Assembly (NCBI GenBank): GCA_963796275.1
Contig: CAWCKY010000004.1
Location: forward strand, 448,001 to 512,000
Direction of reading: 5' to 3'
DNA: 64,000 bases
Source of the DNA: an uncultured Acidobacteriota bacterium
Lineage (GTDB): Bacteria; Acidobacteriota; Blastocatellia; RBC074
In this document: positions 21,762-32,319 of the stretch, piece after piece
How the letters are laid out: each line of letters begins with the position of its first letter
Numbering within the stretch: the stretch's first letter is position 1
Made by a program: the position numbers and the translations under genes
The notes under the pieces: generated by a model
What the model saw: the letters and a program-made list of their open reading frames with translations, nothing else
The model's database searches: none
What the model was told of the DNA's origin: nothing

Positions 21762-22465
21762 CGCCCTTCTCCATTAATGAAGGCCGAAGTGCTTGCTCCG
21801 GTCTCTATGAGTTCAAGTAAATTAAAGGGGGTTAAACATTCCTATCTCGCGTGCGCCAAGTGACACGCTCATTCGAAGAATACTAAACGTGGGGGTGTAT
21901 GACAAGTATTTAAGACAGGAGAAAAGGAGGGGTGGAAAGGGTCCGATTTCGTATCTTCGAGAGACGGATTGCCATCCCGTCCCCGCGACGTGACATGCGC
22001 GAAAAGAATATGACAAAAAAAACCGCTATTGTTTTCATTTTTCTTTCACATTCAACAAATCAGTGTAAGAATACAACAGCTGCTTAAGAGATTCTTACGT
22101 ACGTTTTGAAGTTAAAGCTATGTCAATCCCCCAACAATCACAGCGATCGCTGTTGGTTAACGTATATCTCGCCCTGGGCGGCCGCTCACCACAATGGCCG
22201 CGAATGACGCGCATTCCTGATAGATCGAACACAGTATTGCGCGCGAGCTGTGCTTCTAGGAAACCGAAATCCATCCAGACATCAGATCCCTGAGCAGCGA
22301 AAACTCTGCGGGAAAATGCGCTCGCAGGCTGACAAGCATAGCGGGCCGGAAGATGTCTTCCGATCTCGCTGGAAACCCAACAAATATAAGCCAACTGTCG
22401 CCCTGGCCGTATCCAGCGCCTGCACGCTGATCGGTTATCGACATTGGCTTAGTCTGGAGACAAGA

Positions 22466-23119
22466 ATGAGCAATCCCCCAGTATTGCAAGAACCAGTACC
22501 CAAGCCTCGATCAGGGCGTCCTGAGCGCAAAACGAGGTGGGTGTTGACGAAAGATTCTATCGATAAACTCCTGGCGCACCTGGGCGAAGATCCTGAAACT
22601 GCGGGACGAGCCTATCAGGAGTTACGCGCTAAGCTGATCGTCTTCTTTGAATGTAACAGGTGCACTGAAGCTGAGGAGCTCGCCGATATTGCTCTCAATC
22701 GGGTTGCACGCAAACTCTGTGATGGCGAAAACATACACAAACCGATGTTGTACGCCCTCAGTGTCGCGCGCTTCGTTTTGAGCGAATATTGGCGGAGACC
22801 CGAGAAATCGGATGTCTCTCTCGATGAAACCATTTTGGAATTCGAGAATAACTACTCAGCTCATGTTGAGAATACTCGCGCCCAGCATGAGGCTGAAATG
22901 CGACGCGAAGAATTCATGCGACGCTGTTTCATGCAGTTGTCTGCCCCGCAACGAGATCTCCTGATCGATTATTATAGGTGCGAAGAAGGCTCGCTGGTCG
23001 ATCACCGGAGAGAGATGGCTGAAAGACTCCGCATTTCCCCCAATGCGCTGTCAATACAGGTTCATCGATTGCGCGGAAAACTCGTCAATTCTTTGGAAGA
23101 GTCTCTGAAGAGAGACTAA
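22466..23119 (+). CDS. ECF-type RNA polymerase sigma factor
   Basis: Region 2 (YQELRAKLIVFF...AEELADIALNRVARKL) and region 4 (LSAPQRDLLIDYY...MAERLRISPNALSIQVHRLRGKL). Confidence 0.85.
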   Translation: MSNPPVLQEPVPKPRSGRPERKTRWVLTKDSIDKLLAHLGEDPETAGRAYQELRAKLIVFFECNRCTEAEELADIALNRVARKLCDGENIHKPMLYALSVARFVLSEYWRRPEKSDVSLDETILEFENNYSAHVENTRAQHEAEMRREEFMRRCFMQLSAPQRDLLIDYYRCEEGSLVDHRREMAERLRISPNALSIQVHRLRGKLVNSLEESLKRD

Positions 23120-23147
23120 TTCGCCTATATAACAAATCACTTCGATT

Positions 23148-23184
23148 GGTAGGACAGGCCCGAAACCTGTCCTACCTTATTTTC
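23148..23184 (+). terminator. Hairpin GGTAGGACAGG/CCTGTCCTACC plus T-rich tail (intrinsic terminator or REP-like)
   Basis: Perfect 11-bp stem after the sigma stop codon. Confidence 0.65.
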
Positions 23185-23275
23185 GCACCGTTACATTCCA
23201 TATAGGAAATTTTTCTTATGGAAGAAATGAGGTGTGCGCATCGGGATAATACAGACTTTTATATTTAATTGTTTT

Positions 23276-23301
23276 TGAAAGAATCATACTCTATCAGTCA
23301 C
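23276..23301 (+). promoter_or_regulatory. Putative ECF promoter TGAAAGAATC-N12-TCAC (copy 1)
   Basis: Same bipartite motif and spacing at 23802-23827; ends 17 nt before ATG 23319. Confidence 0.55.
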
Positions 23302-23318
23302 ATATAGTTAGACAAGAA

Positions 23319-23789
23319 ATGAGTGAAAAATCTCCGAGTTCACCGGATCAACAATGGGAATTGACACCGCAGCCGACTGAGCTGCTTGGAATGGATGAAC
23401 AGATGATAAACGAATATCTCCTGGGAGAATTGCCCACACTCCAGCGGGAAGCGTTTGAAAACGCGCTCTTCAGCGATCCCAATCTTTATCATAAGTTGAT
23501 GATCGCCGAAGACAGACTGATAGACGACTACCTATGTTGTCAGCTATCTCACGCACAGCAATTACGATTTGAGCGATATTTCCTTATCTCAGAGAGGCGG
23601 CGGGCAAAACTCGCACTCGGGCAGACCTTCCATACGACCCTTTCAGAATTCGACGATGCTTCGTTGACTTATAACTGGAAATCTTTCTGGCGAATGCCGC
23701 GTACGCTTCGTGGCATTCTTATGGTGGCCTTGCTTATCTTTTCCTTCTTATTCATCGCCGCATATTTTATGTTGTGGCGAGCTCAGTAA
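23319..23789 (+). CDS. Putative anti-sigma factor (cytoplasmic domain plus C-terminal TM helix)
   Basis: INEYLLGEL...QREAFE...AEDRLIDDYL; TM at the C-terminus; follows the ECF sigma. Confidence 0.7.
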   Translation: MSEKSPSSPDQQWELTPQPTELLGMDEQMINEYLLGELPTLQREAFENALFSDPNLYHKLMIAEDRLIDDYLCCQLSHAQQLRFERYFLISERRRAKLALGQTFHTTLSEFDDASLTYNWKSFWRMPRTLRGILMVALLIFSFLFIAAYFMLWRAQ

Positions 23790-23801
23790 TAAAAATATTT
23801 C

Positions 23802-23827
23802 TGAAAGAATCGCCGGATTTAGATCAC
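23802..23827 (+). promoter_or_regulatory. Putative ECF promoter TGAAAGAATC-N12-TCAC (copy 2)
   Basis: Repeat of the motif at 23276-23301. Confidence 0.5.
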
Positions 23828-24129
23828 TAAAAGGTGAACCAAAGTTTTTGACTCAGTTTTTTTGAGTCGAAAATGATGTCACTGGGATAGTGGAGAATTA
23901 GGAGAAAGGATCAGGTAAGGGGTAAGGATGGGAATTTTCCTTATACTTCTCCACTTTCCCGGTGGCTTGGCTTCTAAACCAGCAATTTGTATGACTCTTT
24001 GAAAATATCCCCATAACTCATTAGTCCTTGATTCATCAATGCAATCGTAAGCTTTAGAGTACCATTTGTCCTCATGCCAAATGCTTGTCTGCTTTTCCCG
24101 TGTGCTATCAGACGCATAATCCCTAGCCA

Positions 24130-24185
24130 TTACACCGCCGCCTCATAAGCTGCTAAAAACAGTTACGGCAGGGGCGGCGGTGTAA
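24130..24185. repeat. Inverted repeat with perfect 13-bp arms (TTACACCGCCGCC/GGCGGCGGTGTAA)
   Basis: Read directly from the sequence. Confidence 0.8.
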
Positions 24186-24191
24186 CATTCA

Positions 24192-24221
24192 TTGACAGCC
24201 TCGCAAACTTTTACTTATATT
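24192..24221 (+). promoter_or_regulatory. Sigma-70 promoter TTGACA-N18-TATATT
   Basis: Perfect -35 and near-consensus -10, 14 nt before ATG 24236. Confidence 0.55.
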
Positions 24222-24235
24222 GATTTTCTGAAGAT

Positions 24236-24487
24236 ATGGAAGATTTCCACACCGAGCAGAGTGCTGCCAGAGATTCAAAGCGGACCCCATCTTCAACGCC
24301 GCCCTGCTGCGGCTCAGGTTGCGCTGTCTGCGTGCTGGATTACTGGGTCGATGACGAACACGAAGTGACACAGGAAGAGACCACAAGAGACTCAGTCGGA
24401 TCTGAACTGTTGGTTCTGCTGGAAGCCTTTGAGGATGCCGAGCGGCAGGCGAAGCAGATGAACGCTCAAATTGACGAGAGCGAATAA
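24236..24487 (+). CDS. Oxidoreductase-like N-terminal domain protein (Cys-rich)
   Basis: PPCCGSGCAVCVLDYW motif. Confidence 0.8.
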   Translation: MEDFHTEQSAARDSKRTPSSTPPCCGSGCAVCVLDYWVDDEHEVTQEETTRDSVGSELLVLLEAFEDAERQAKQMNAQIDESE

Positions 24488-24583
24488 AATCTATCCAACC
24501 CTTGCAGCGTGCCCTTCGTGCAATACCAAGATATCTCCATTAGAAAATAGGTCAGCTTAACCTCAATCATTGGGAGGAGTGGC

Positions 24584-26581
24584 ATGAGAGAAGAAGAAGC
24601 GGTTGAGAAAAAGTTTAAACCGTTCGTTCCAAGTGAACAGATAATTCCGGAATTTTCAGTTAAAGCCATAATTCTGGGCGCGATTTTCGGCCTGATCTTC
24701 GGCGCATCCACTGTTTATCTGGCGCTCAGGGCCGGCTTGACGGTCTCCGCCTCGATTCCCATTGCAGTGCTCGCCATCGCAGTTTTCAAGCGCCTCGGCA
24801 AATCGACCATACTCGAAAACAACATCGTCCAGACGATCGGCTCGGCTGGCGAGTCGGTTGCCGCCGGAGTGGCCTTCACTATCCCCGCGCTCATTTTTCT
24901 GACATCGGGAGAACAGTTCTTTACCTATTTCAACATATTCACCCTGGCGCTCGTCGGCGGAATATTGGGCGTCCTTTTCATGGTTCCGCTGCGCCGTTCG
25001 TTGATTGTGAAGGAGCACGACACACTACCTTATCCGGAAGGAACAGCATGCGCCGAGGTACTTGTCGCCGGTGAAAGAGGCGGCTCGATGGCGGGCAAAG
25101 TATTCGCCGGACTTGGCATTGCTTTCGCTTACAAGTCGCTCATGAGTATTCTCGGCCTGTGGAAAGAGCGACCGACGATGGAGCTAGGGCGCAATACCAG
25201 CTTTCCTAATGCCAGCGTGAGCGCCGAGATCACCCCGGAATACCTCGGGGTCGGTTACATCATCGGCCCTCGCATTGCCGGCGTATTGGTCGCAGGTGGG
25301 GTGCTCGCTTATCTCGTATTGATTCCGCTCATCACTTTCATAGGTGACGGCCTGCCGGCCGTTCTCAGGCCTGGTGATGGACTGATTCGCGATATGTCGC
25401 CATCGGCCATTCGTTTGGGCTATGTTCGCTATATAGGCGCAGGCGCCGTTGCGGCCGCCGGGTTGATCACGTTGATTCGAACTCTGCCCACGATCATCTC
25501 CGCGTTCAGAGAGAGCTTTAAGAGCCTGCGTGATACCAGAGCCGGGGTGGCTCAGTCACGGACCGAGCGCGATCTTCCGATCACGTACGTTATCGTCGGC
25601 TCGCTGGTGCTGGTATTTATCGTTGCGATGTTACCCCAGCTGCCGGGCGAGACGATTACCGGCAGATTATTGATGGGCCTGATGGTAGTGGTTTTCGGCT
25701 TCTTTTTCGTGACGGTCAGTTCGCGCATCGTCGGTCTCATCGGCTCATCATCAAATCCGATCTCCGGCATGACGATCGCCACGCTCATGGCGACCTGCCT
25801 GATATTCGTAGGTCTCGGCTGGACGGGCGAGGGCTATCAGGCGCTGGCGCTGGCTGTCGGCGGGATAGTATGCATCGCCGCGGCGAACGCCGGGGCGACC
25901 AGCCAGGATTTGAAGACCGGTTACATCGTCGGCGCGACGCCTCTCTACCAGCAAATCGGTCTGATCATCGGCGTCGTCGTATCGACCATAGTCATCGGTC
26001 TGACATTGCAGGCGCTGGATGCTTCCATGAGATTTCAGGGTATCGAGCATGCCATCGGCTCAGAAAGAATGCCGGCGCCGCAGGGGACCCTCATGGCCAC
26101 TATCATTCGCGGATTGTTGGCGCAAGACTTGCCTTGGGGCCTGGTCTTTGTCGGGATGTTCATTTCGGTGGTAGTCGAATTGTGCGGCGTCCGCTCGCTT
26201 TCATTCGCCGTCGGCGCATATCTCCCGCTCTCGACGACGGCGCCGATCTTCGTCGGCGGTCTGATAAAAGCCTGGGCCGATAAAATGTCCGGCGCCAGTG
26301 CCGGCGGTCACGGTGAATCCGAAGTCAGCTCCGGGATGCTCTATAGCACGGGATTGGTCGCCGGCGGATCTCTGACGGGCGTCGCCATCGCATTACTTAG
26401 TGGTATCTCCACCACCGGACCGGATGGCAGCGAGATTTCAATCTTGCGCTGGGTACTCGATAAAGTCGGCATCAACGGCTGGGAGCATCTGGGCGGCCTC
26501 GCCGATCTCATCGGCATCGCCTTCTTCGCCGGACTTTGCTTGCTACTGTTGAGAGCGGCAAGGCAGAAAATCGATACGTGA
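24584..26581 (+). CDS. OPT family oligopeptide transporter
   Basis: YLALRAGLTVSASIP, ENNIVQTIGSAGE, LPYPEGTACAEVL, SQDLKTG, APQGTLMA; multiple TM helices. Confidence 0.95.
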   Translation: MREEEAVEKKFKPFVPSEQIIPEFSVKAIILGAIFGLIFGASTVYLALRAGLTVSASIPIAVLAIAVFKRLGKSTILENNIVQTIGSAGESVAAGVAFTIPALIFLTSGEQFFTYFNIFTLALVGGILGVLFMVPLRRSLIVKEHDTLPYPEGTACAEVLVAGERGGSMAGKVFAGLGIAFAYKSLMSILGLWKERPTMELGRNTSFPNASVSAEITPEYLGVGYIIGPRIAGVLVAGGVLAYLVLIPLITFIGDGLPAVLRPGDGLIRDMSPSAIRLGYVRYIGAGAVAAAGLITLIRTLPTIISAFRESFKSLRDTRAGVAQSRTERDLPITYVIVGSLVLVFIVAMLPQLPGETITGRLLMGLMVVVFGFFFVTVSSRIVGLIGSSSNPISGMTIATLMATCLIFVGLGWTGEGYQALALAVGGIVCIAAANAGATSQDLKTGYIVGATPLYQQIGLIIGVVVSTIVIGLTLQALDASMRFQGIEHAIGSERMPAPQGTLMATIIRGLLAQDLPWGLVFVGMFISVVVELCGVRSLSFAVGAYLPLSTTAPIFVGGLIKAWADKMSGASAGGHGESEVSSGMLYSTGLVAGGSLTGVAIALLSGISTTGPDGSEISILRWVLDKVGINGWEHLGGLADLIGIAFFAGLCLLLLRAARQKIDT

Positions 26582-26593
26582 GACTCCCATTCA

Positions 26594-27778
26594 ATGACTC
26601 TACCACTTAAAGGAATCAGAGTTCTCGACTTCGGCCGCTACATCGCCGGACCGTACTGCGCAATGATGCTCGCCGATTTCGGAGCGGAGGTAATACGCAT
26701 CGAGCGGCGCGCAGGGGGTGAGGATCGTTACATTGCGCCGATCACGGAGCAGGGCGATGGGCCGATGTACATCGGGTTCAATCGCAACAAAAAAGGGATA
26801 ACGCTCGATCTTTCGCGACCGCAATCCCGGGAAATCAAGGTGAGATTGATTTCCAGCGCCGATGTCGTAATCGCCAATCTCCCCCTCGATGTCCTGCGTA
26901 AACTCGAGCTCGATTATCCGTCCCTCACCGCAATCAAACCCGACATTATCCTCACCCATATATCGGCCTTCGGATCGGATGGACCTTATGCCGATCGTGT
27001 CGGCTTCGACTCTGTCGTACAGGCGATGTCGGGGGCGATGAGCCTGACGGGGTTTCCCGGCCCTCCCATCCGCAGCGCCGTCAGTTTTGAAGACCTGGGC
27101 ACGGCTCTGCACGCGGCATTCGGCACGATGGTCGCGCTGTTTGAAAGAGCGAAATCGGGGCGCGGCCAGATCGTCGAAGCTTCGCTGCTCGCAACCGGCG
27201 TGACATTCATGCAGGTGCTCCTGGCCGAACGCTACGTCCGCGACGTCGTTCGCAAGCAACAAGGCAACGCCGGCTTTCACGTTGCTCCGAACGACGTCTA
27301 CCGAACGAAAGACGGTTGGATAATGGTGCAAGCGATGGGTCAGCCGATGTTCACGCGCTGGGCCCGATTGGTTGGGAGAGAGGACCTGCTCGCTGATCCG
27401 CGTTGTGCCGATGATATCACCCGGGCCGACCATCATGAGCTCATCACCGAAGCGATGAATAACTGGTTATCCCGCCTCACCACCGGCGAGGCGATCGAAA
27501 AGCTCGAAGAGGCGCGCGTTCCCTGCGGCAAGGTATACCAACTCGATGAAGTCTTCGATGATCCACAGGTGAAGAAGCGCGAGTTGTTGAAGTTTATCGA
27601 GTATCCGGGAAGCGCGCGGCCCGTTCCCGTGCCTGACACGCCGGTTCGCCTGTCAGAAACCGCGGGCGAGGTGAGACATCGCGCTCCGATGCTGGGCGAA
27701 CACACTAATGACATATTGCGCGAACTCGGATTCAGCGCAGACGAGATCGCCGAGTTTCATAGAGCCGGTGTGGTCTAA
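26594..27778 (+). CDS. CaiB/BaiF family III CoA-transferase
   Basis: [52 protein letters not shown]. Confidence 0.93.
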   Translation: MTLPLKGIRVLDFGRYIAGPYCAMMLADFGAEVIRIERRAGGEDRYIAPITEQGDGPMYIGFNRNKKGITLDLSRPQSREIKVRLISSADVVIANLPLDVLRKLELDYPSLTAIKPDIILTHISAFGSDGPYADRVGFDSVVQAMSGAMSLTGFPGPPIRSAVSFEDLGTALHAAFGTMVALFERAKSGRGQIVEASLLATGVTFMQVLLAERYVRDVVRKQQGNAGFHVAPNDVYRTKDGWIMVQAMGQPMFTRWARLVGREDLLADPRCADDITRADHHELITEAMNNWLSRLTTGEAIEKLEEARVPCGKVYQLDEVFDDPQVKKRELLKFIEYPGSARPVPVPDTPVRLSETAGEVRHRAPMLGEHTNDILRELGFSADEIAEFHRAGVV

Positions 27779-27891
27779 TTATCAGCCAGAGAGAAGCTGA
27801 GGTAGACGGCAGACAAGGAGAAAGAGATAAAATTTACATTTCGAGAGGATCTATTCGTCTCCCTAACTTTGTCTCCTTACATTCGCCCCGT

Positions 27892-28521
27892 TTACGTTTC
27901 ACTCATATCGACCCACTTGACGATACTCTCCAACGGGCGATGGTTGAAGAATTGCGCAATCAAATCTTCAATATCATGCGATTCGACGATCAGTCGTCGA
28001 TAGCGCGGTAAAACAAACCCCTCTTCGATCGCGCGATCGATCATCGACAATAAGGGATCGAAATATCCTTCGACGTTGAGTACGCCGATCGGCTTCTGAT
28101 GGATGCCGAGCTGAGCCCAGGTCAAGGCTTCGAACAATTCGTCGAAAGTCCCCAATCCTCCGGGCAAAGCGATAAAGGCGTCGGCCAATTCGGTCATCAT
28201 TGCCTTGCGCTCATGCATCGTTCCCACAATTCGCATCTCGACCCGAGTCCCGTTGGTGACGCTCAACGCAAGTTCCTTGGTCGCCAGCGCGTAGGGGATG
28301 ACGCCGACCACTTCTCCTTTCGCTTCAATCACCGCCTGCGCAACCGTCCCCATAAGGCCGATTCCCCCGCCACCATAAACCAGGCCGATCCCACGCGCTG
28401 CCATTGTCCGGCCCAATGTCTGCGCCGTTTCGACATACATTTCGCGCGTCCCCGAGCTCGAACCGCAGAAGACGCAGATACGTTCGATCTTCTTTCCATT
28501 CATATCATTCATTTCATTCAT
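27892..28521 (-). CDS. LOG family (TIGR00730) nucleotide phosphoribohydrolase
   Basis: ICVFCGSS, LVYGGGGIGLMG, MHERK, PGGLGTFDE; GAGG RBS before ATG 28521. Confidence 0.93.
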   Translation of the reverse strand: MNEMNDMNGKKIERICVFCGSSSGTREMYVETAQTLGRTMAARGIGLVYGGGGIGLMGTVAQAVIEAKGEVVGVIPYALATKELALSVTNGTRVEMRIVGTMHERKAMMTELADAFIALPGGLGTFDELFEALTWAQLGIHQKPIGVLNVEGYFDPLLSMIDRAIEEGFVLPRYRRLIVESHDIEDLIAQFFNHRPLESIVKWVDMSET

Positions 28522-28736
28522 CAATAAAACCTCATTCGATTTCATATTAAATCGGGAGATAAACATTTGTGAAGCCACCATTATTTATATGGTTCTTTTA
28601 TAAGATTATTTCAGTCGAGAAATCGCCATCTGCGCGCTTTGCGGTTATACTTATTGGGAATGATTTCGATCTGTATCTAATCTATCGTGCGAGCTCCCTT
28701 TCCGGAAAGATCAGATTTTATGTTGGAGAAGTAGAC

Positions 28737-30086
28737 ATGGCGTCGAAAACCAATGGAGATAGCCATCTGCCCGAACAGGCTAACCAGGAGGAAGTGTATC
28801 AAGCTCTGGAACGGGTATTAAGCAGCAAGTATTTCGCCCACGCTCCGATGAAACAGAAATTCCTGCGACTGATATGTGAATATCACCTGAAGGGACGCGG
28901 GAGCGAACTAAACGAATTTTTGATTGGCCAGGAAGTCTTCGGTCGCGACAGCAATTACAACCCCTCGACAGATCCGATCGTCCGCGTCGGCGCCCACGGC
29001 GTCCGCGAAAAACTCGAACTCTATTATCAGAAAGAAGGATTGGATGACGAGATCCGCATGGAAATGCCTGTCGGCAGCTACAATCTCTGCTTCGTCAGGA
29101 ACCAGCGACGGAGACACGAGGAAGAACAAATAAGCCTTCCTGCTGTCCTTATCCCGGAGCTTCCAGTCAAGAACCGCTGGCATCTATTGATCTATCCGAT
29201 CCTCGCTTCCCTACTACTCGCTATTGGTGTACTTATCTTCTCCAACGGGCGGTTGAGGGAACAGGTGCAAACCCTGACGTCACGGAAAGATCTGGAATCA
29301 TATAAACTCGTGTGGGAGCCTTTCATCAAGAACGGTTCGCCGACCTTGATGGTCTTGAGCAATCCATCTGTCTTCCGCTTTATTAATCCCGCCGATCCGG
29401 ATCCGATCATCACGAAGTCAATTCCCCTCACGACAGAAGAGACATCCGCATCTTTCGAAGCTCTCCCGAATAAGTCGATGATCAAGATCATCCCGGTTCC
29501 CCGATTAACTCTCACGTCAGACACCTACACCGGAATCGGGGAAGCGATCGGCGTTCACCGCGTCACCAATGTTTTTCGCAGCTTCGAAAAACACATAACG
29601 CTCAGACAGAGCCGTACCGTGAGCGTAGAGGACCTGAAGAATCAGAATGTCATCGTGCTGGGCAGCGTCTGGGTGAATAACTGGTCGGGGAAATTGCCGG
29701 CCAGGGAAGAATTCATTTACAGCAATGATGTGACCGTCAAAAATCTCAATCCGAAACCGGGCGAGCAGCCGGAATACCGGGCTGTCTTTGATAAATTGAG
29801 CGGCAAACTGATCGAGGATTACGCCATCATCACGGTGGGGCCCAATATTTCGGAGAAGGATATCGTGATGAATCTCGCGGGTCTGCATAGCGAAGGGACC
29901 GCAGCCGCAGCCGAGTTTGTCACCACCAAACATTACCTGACCGAGTTCAATCAGAAATTACAGACGCTGGGCTGGAATTCCGGATCGCACAAATACTATC
30001 AGGCACTGCTCAAGGCGGGCGTGGATAACGGAATCCCGACAACTATCACACTGGTCTCTCTTCGCGAATTACGCAACTCGATGTAG
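28737..30086 (+). CDS. Membrane-spanning putative regulator (acidobacterial N-terminal HTH-like domain, TM helix, periplasmic domain)
   Basis: LERVLSSKYF...KFLRLICE...IGQEVFGR...DPIVRVGAHGVREKLELYY; TM LLIYPILASLLLAIGVLIF. Confidence 0.75.
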   Translation: MASKTNGDSHLPEQANQEEVYQALERVLSSKYFAHAPMKQKFLRLICEYHLKGRGSELNEFLIGQEVFGRDSNYNPSTDPIVRVGAHGVREKLELYYQKEGLDDEIRMEMPVGSYNLCFVRNQRRRHEEEQISLPAVLIPELPVKNRWHLLIYPILASLLLAIGVLIFSNGRLREQVQTLTSRKDLESYKLVWEPFIKNGSPTLMVLSNPSVFRFINPADPDPIITKSIPLTTEETSASFEALPNKSMIKIIPVPRLTLTSDTYTGIGEAIGVHRVTNVFRSFEKHITLRQSRTVSVEDLKNQNVIVLGSVWVNNWSGKLPAREEFIYSNDVTVKNLNPKPGEQPEYRAVFDKLSGKLIEDYAIITVGPNISEKDIVMNLAGLHSEGTAAAAEFVTTKHYLTEFNQKLQTLGWNSGSHKYYQALLKAGVDNGIPTTITLVSLRELRNSM

Positions 30087-30092
30087 CAATCC

Positions 30093-31295
30093 TCACTCAT
30101 ATTTCTTCAATTCGAGTTTTGCAATGGCTTCACGGTGAACCTCGTCCGGGCCGTCGGCCAGGCGTAATGTCCGGCTGTGCGCCCAGGCACTCGCTAAATT
30201 GAAATCCTGGGATACACCGGCCCCGCCGTGCGCCTGCAACGCGCGATCGATGACGCGCAGAGCCATGTTGGGCGCGACGACCTTGATCATCGCGATCTCC
30301 GCCCGGGCCGCTTTGTTGCCCGCCGCATCCATCATCGACGCGGCTTTGAGCGTCAGCAGACGGGCCTGTTCGATCTCCATCCGCGATTCGGCGATATCAG
30401 CGCGGATCGTGCCCATCTCGGCCAGGGTCCTGCCGAAAGCCACGCGCTGCTTGACGCGGCGGCACATCGCCCCGAGCGCACGTTCTGCCAGACCGATGAG
30501 GCGCATGCAGTGATGGATCCGCCCCGGTCCGAGGCGCCCCTGCGCTATCTCGAAACCGCGCCCCTCACCCAGCAGCACGTTATCAACAGGCACTCGCACA
30601 TTTTCATAAATCACCTCGGCATGACCGTGAGGCGCGTCGTCATAACCGAAAACCGTCAACATCCGTTTTATTGAAAGGCCATCCGAGTCCATCGGCACGA
30701 GGACCATCGATTGCTGCTTGTGCGTCGCAGCTTTCGGATCGGTCTTGCCCATGAAGATCGAAATCTTGCAGCGCGGATCGCCGGCGCCCGAAGTCCACCA
30801 CTTTCGCCCGTTGATCAGATAATCATCGCCGGCGCGCTCGATGGAAGAGCTGATGTTTGTGGCATCCGATGAGGCGACATCCGGTTCGGTCATCGCGAAG
30901 CACGAGCGCATCTCGCCCTCCAGCAGCGGCCTGAGCCATTGCCGTTTTTGCTCATCGGTCCCATAACGGACGAGAACTTCCATATTGCCAGTGTCCGGCG
31001 CCGAACAATTGAAAACTTCAGGGGACCACGGCACCCGGCCCATAATCTCGCATAGCGGAGCATATTCCAGATTGGTCAAACTCGCGCCATACTCGCTCTC
31101 CGGCAAAAAAAGATTCCACAGAGCTTCGCCCCTTGCCTTCTTCTTCAATTCTTCGAGCAATGGCAAAACCTTCCATCGATCGCCCGAATTGACCTGCTCG
31201 TAATAGGTCTTTTCGTTCGGATAGATATGCTCTTCCATGAAACCCGAAAGTTTTTTCTGCAAGTATTTAGTTTTTTCTGAATATTCGAAGTCCAT
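30093..31295 (-). CDS. Acyl-CoA dehydrogenase
   Basis: [55 protein letters not shown]. Confidence 0.95.
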   Translation of the reverse strand: MDFEYSEKTKYLQKKLSGFMEEHIYPNEKTYYEQVNSGDRWKVLPLLEELKKKARGEALWNLFLPESEYGASLTNLEYAPLCEIMGRVPWSPEVFNCSAPDTGNMEVLVRYGTDEQKRQWLRPLLEGEMRSCFAMTEPDVASSDATNISSSIERAGDDYLINGRKWWTSGAGDPRCKISIFMGKTDPKAATHKQQSMVLVPMDSDGLSIKRMLTVFGYDDAPHGHAEVIYENVRVPVDNVLLGEGRGFEIAQGRLGPGRIHHCMRLIGLAERALGAMCRRVKQRVAFGRTLAEMGTIRADIAESRMEIEQARLLTLKAASMMDAAGNKAARAEIAMIKVVAPNMALRVIDRALQAHGGAGVSQDFNLASAWAHSRTLRLADGPDEVHREAIAKLELKKYE

Positions 31296-31432
31296 AAGAA
31301 TAATTCCAACTAATCTGTCTACTTATGAGCCCATTTTAAATTTCTATAACTGTTTGGACACATTTTCGTTTACAATAGCGATTCCCGCCGCCTCGTTCCC
31401 GATTTTATTCCTCTAACTTATCAGGAGGCGTT

Positions 31433-31660
31433 ATGAGGTCTTTCAGCATCGCCCCCAGACGCAAGAGATCTAAGTCGGGATTGTCTGGACGCGACACGCG
31501 GCCCCTGCGTGCGCCAGCATTTTTCAAAGATGTCAATCTTCCGATAGTCGGTGAAGTCGAAATAACTATCATCGAGCACCGAGGAATCTCTTCACATTCG
31601 GCCTACGCCCTATTTCTCTGCGAGGAGTCGTCGAATCTCCTCCAACGGGTCACACCATAA
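31433..31660 (+). CDS. Possible small basic protein (75 aa)
   Basis: AGGAGG RBS just before ATG; no recognisable domain. Confidence 0.35.
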   Translation: MRSFSIAPRRKRSKSGLSGRDTRPLRAPAFFKDVNLPIVGEVEITIIEHRGISSHSAYALFLCEESSNLLQRVTP

Positions 31661-31727
31661 AACAATTAATCGTAAGACCGTAAATTAATCTGCGCTTTTT
31701 ACGATCACATTAATTCTTTCTACGCTT

Positions 31728-32264
31728 ATGAATTCTCATCTAAACGGGGCAAACGGAACAAACGGAACAAGCGGGGCAAATGGGACAAACGGGACAAACG
31801 GGACAAACGTGGTAACCGAAAAAAAAACCCACAAAAGTCCGCAGTACGAGAACTATTTTCGCGATAAAAAACCGCGTCAGTATGAATTTGTACCAGGTCC
31901 ACAGCTTGTGCTCTCAAAGCTTTCGGATGAAGACCTGATGGTGCTCGTCGTCGACGGTTGCCACCACGCATTTAACGAGATATACCGACGCTATAACCGA
32001 ATGGTCTTGTATATCGCCAGCCGCAGTCTAGATTACACTGAGGCAGAAGATATAGTACAAGAAATATTCTTCCATTCGATCCTCGAGAGCGGTTGGCGCT
32101 TCGATCCGGGGAAATCGAAATTCAAATCCTGGCTCTGGACATGCACCTTGCATCGAGTCTGGAGGCGCTTGTCTTACTTCGAGGTTCGCCGCCGCCATCA
32201 TGAAGCTGCCATCAATCTCTATCGCGAGAGGGGCGGTCTTTTCGATGATTTTGATGATATTTAA
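31728..32264 (+). CDS. Sigma-70/ECF region-2-only protein with N-terminal NG[AT] repeat
   Basis: LSDEDLM...AFNEIYRRY...EAEDIVQEIF...FDPGKSKFKSWL; stops before any region 4. Confidence 0.7.
   Translation: MNSHLNGANGTNGTSGANGTNGTNGTNVVTEKKTHKSPQYENYFRDKKPRQYEFVPGPQLVLSKLSDEDLMVLVVDGCHHAFNEIYRRYNRMVLYIASRSLDYTEAEDIVQEIFFHSILESGWRFDPGKSKFKSWLWTCTLHRVWRRLSYFEVRRRHHEAAINLYRERGGLFDDFDDI
31743..31805 (+). repeat. Seven degenerate 9-bp units (AACGG[GA][GA]CA) encoding NGANGTNGTSGANGTNGTNGT
   Basis: Read directly from the sequence. Confidence 0.9.
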
Positions 32265-32319
32265 GTTCCATCGTTAAAAAGTCATCGTAAAAACATCGTG
32301 AAGAAGGAAGCCGCCCGGG

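Noticed and set aside
23879-24130. 83-aa minus-strand ORF
   Set aside because: No recognisable domain; its start abuts an inverted repeat; not supportable as a gene
28569-28736. N-terminal extensions given by the ORF track (also at 7527, 22250, 42411, 44683, 58452, 59308, 63900)
   Set aside because: Downstream starts have an RBS or begin at the conserved domain, and the extensions run through promoters or repeats
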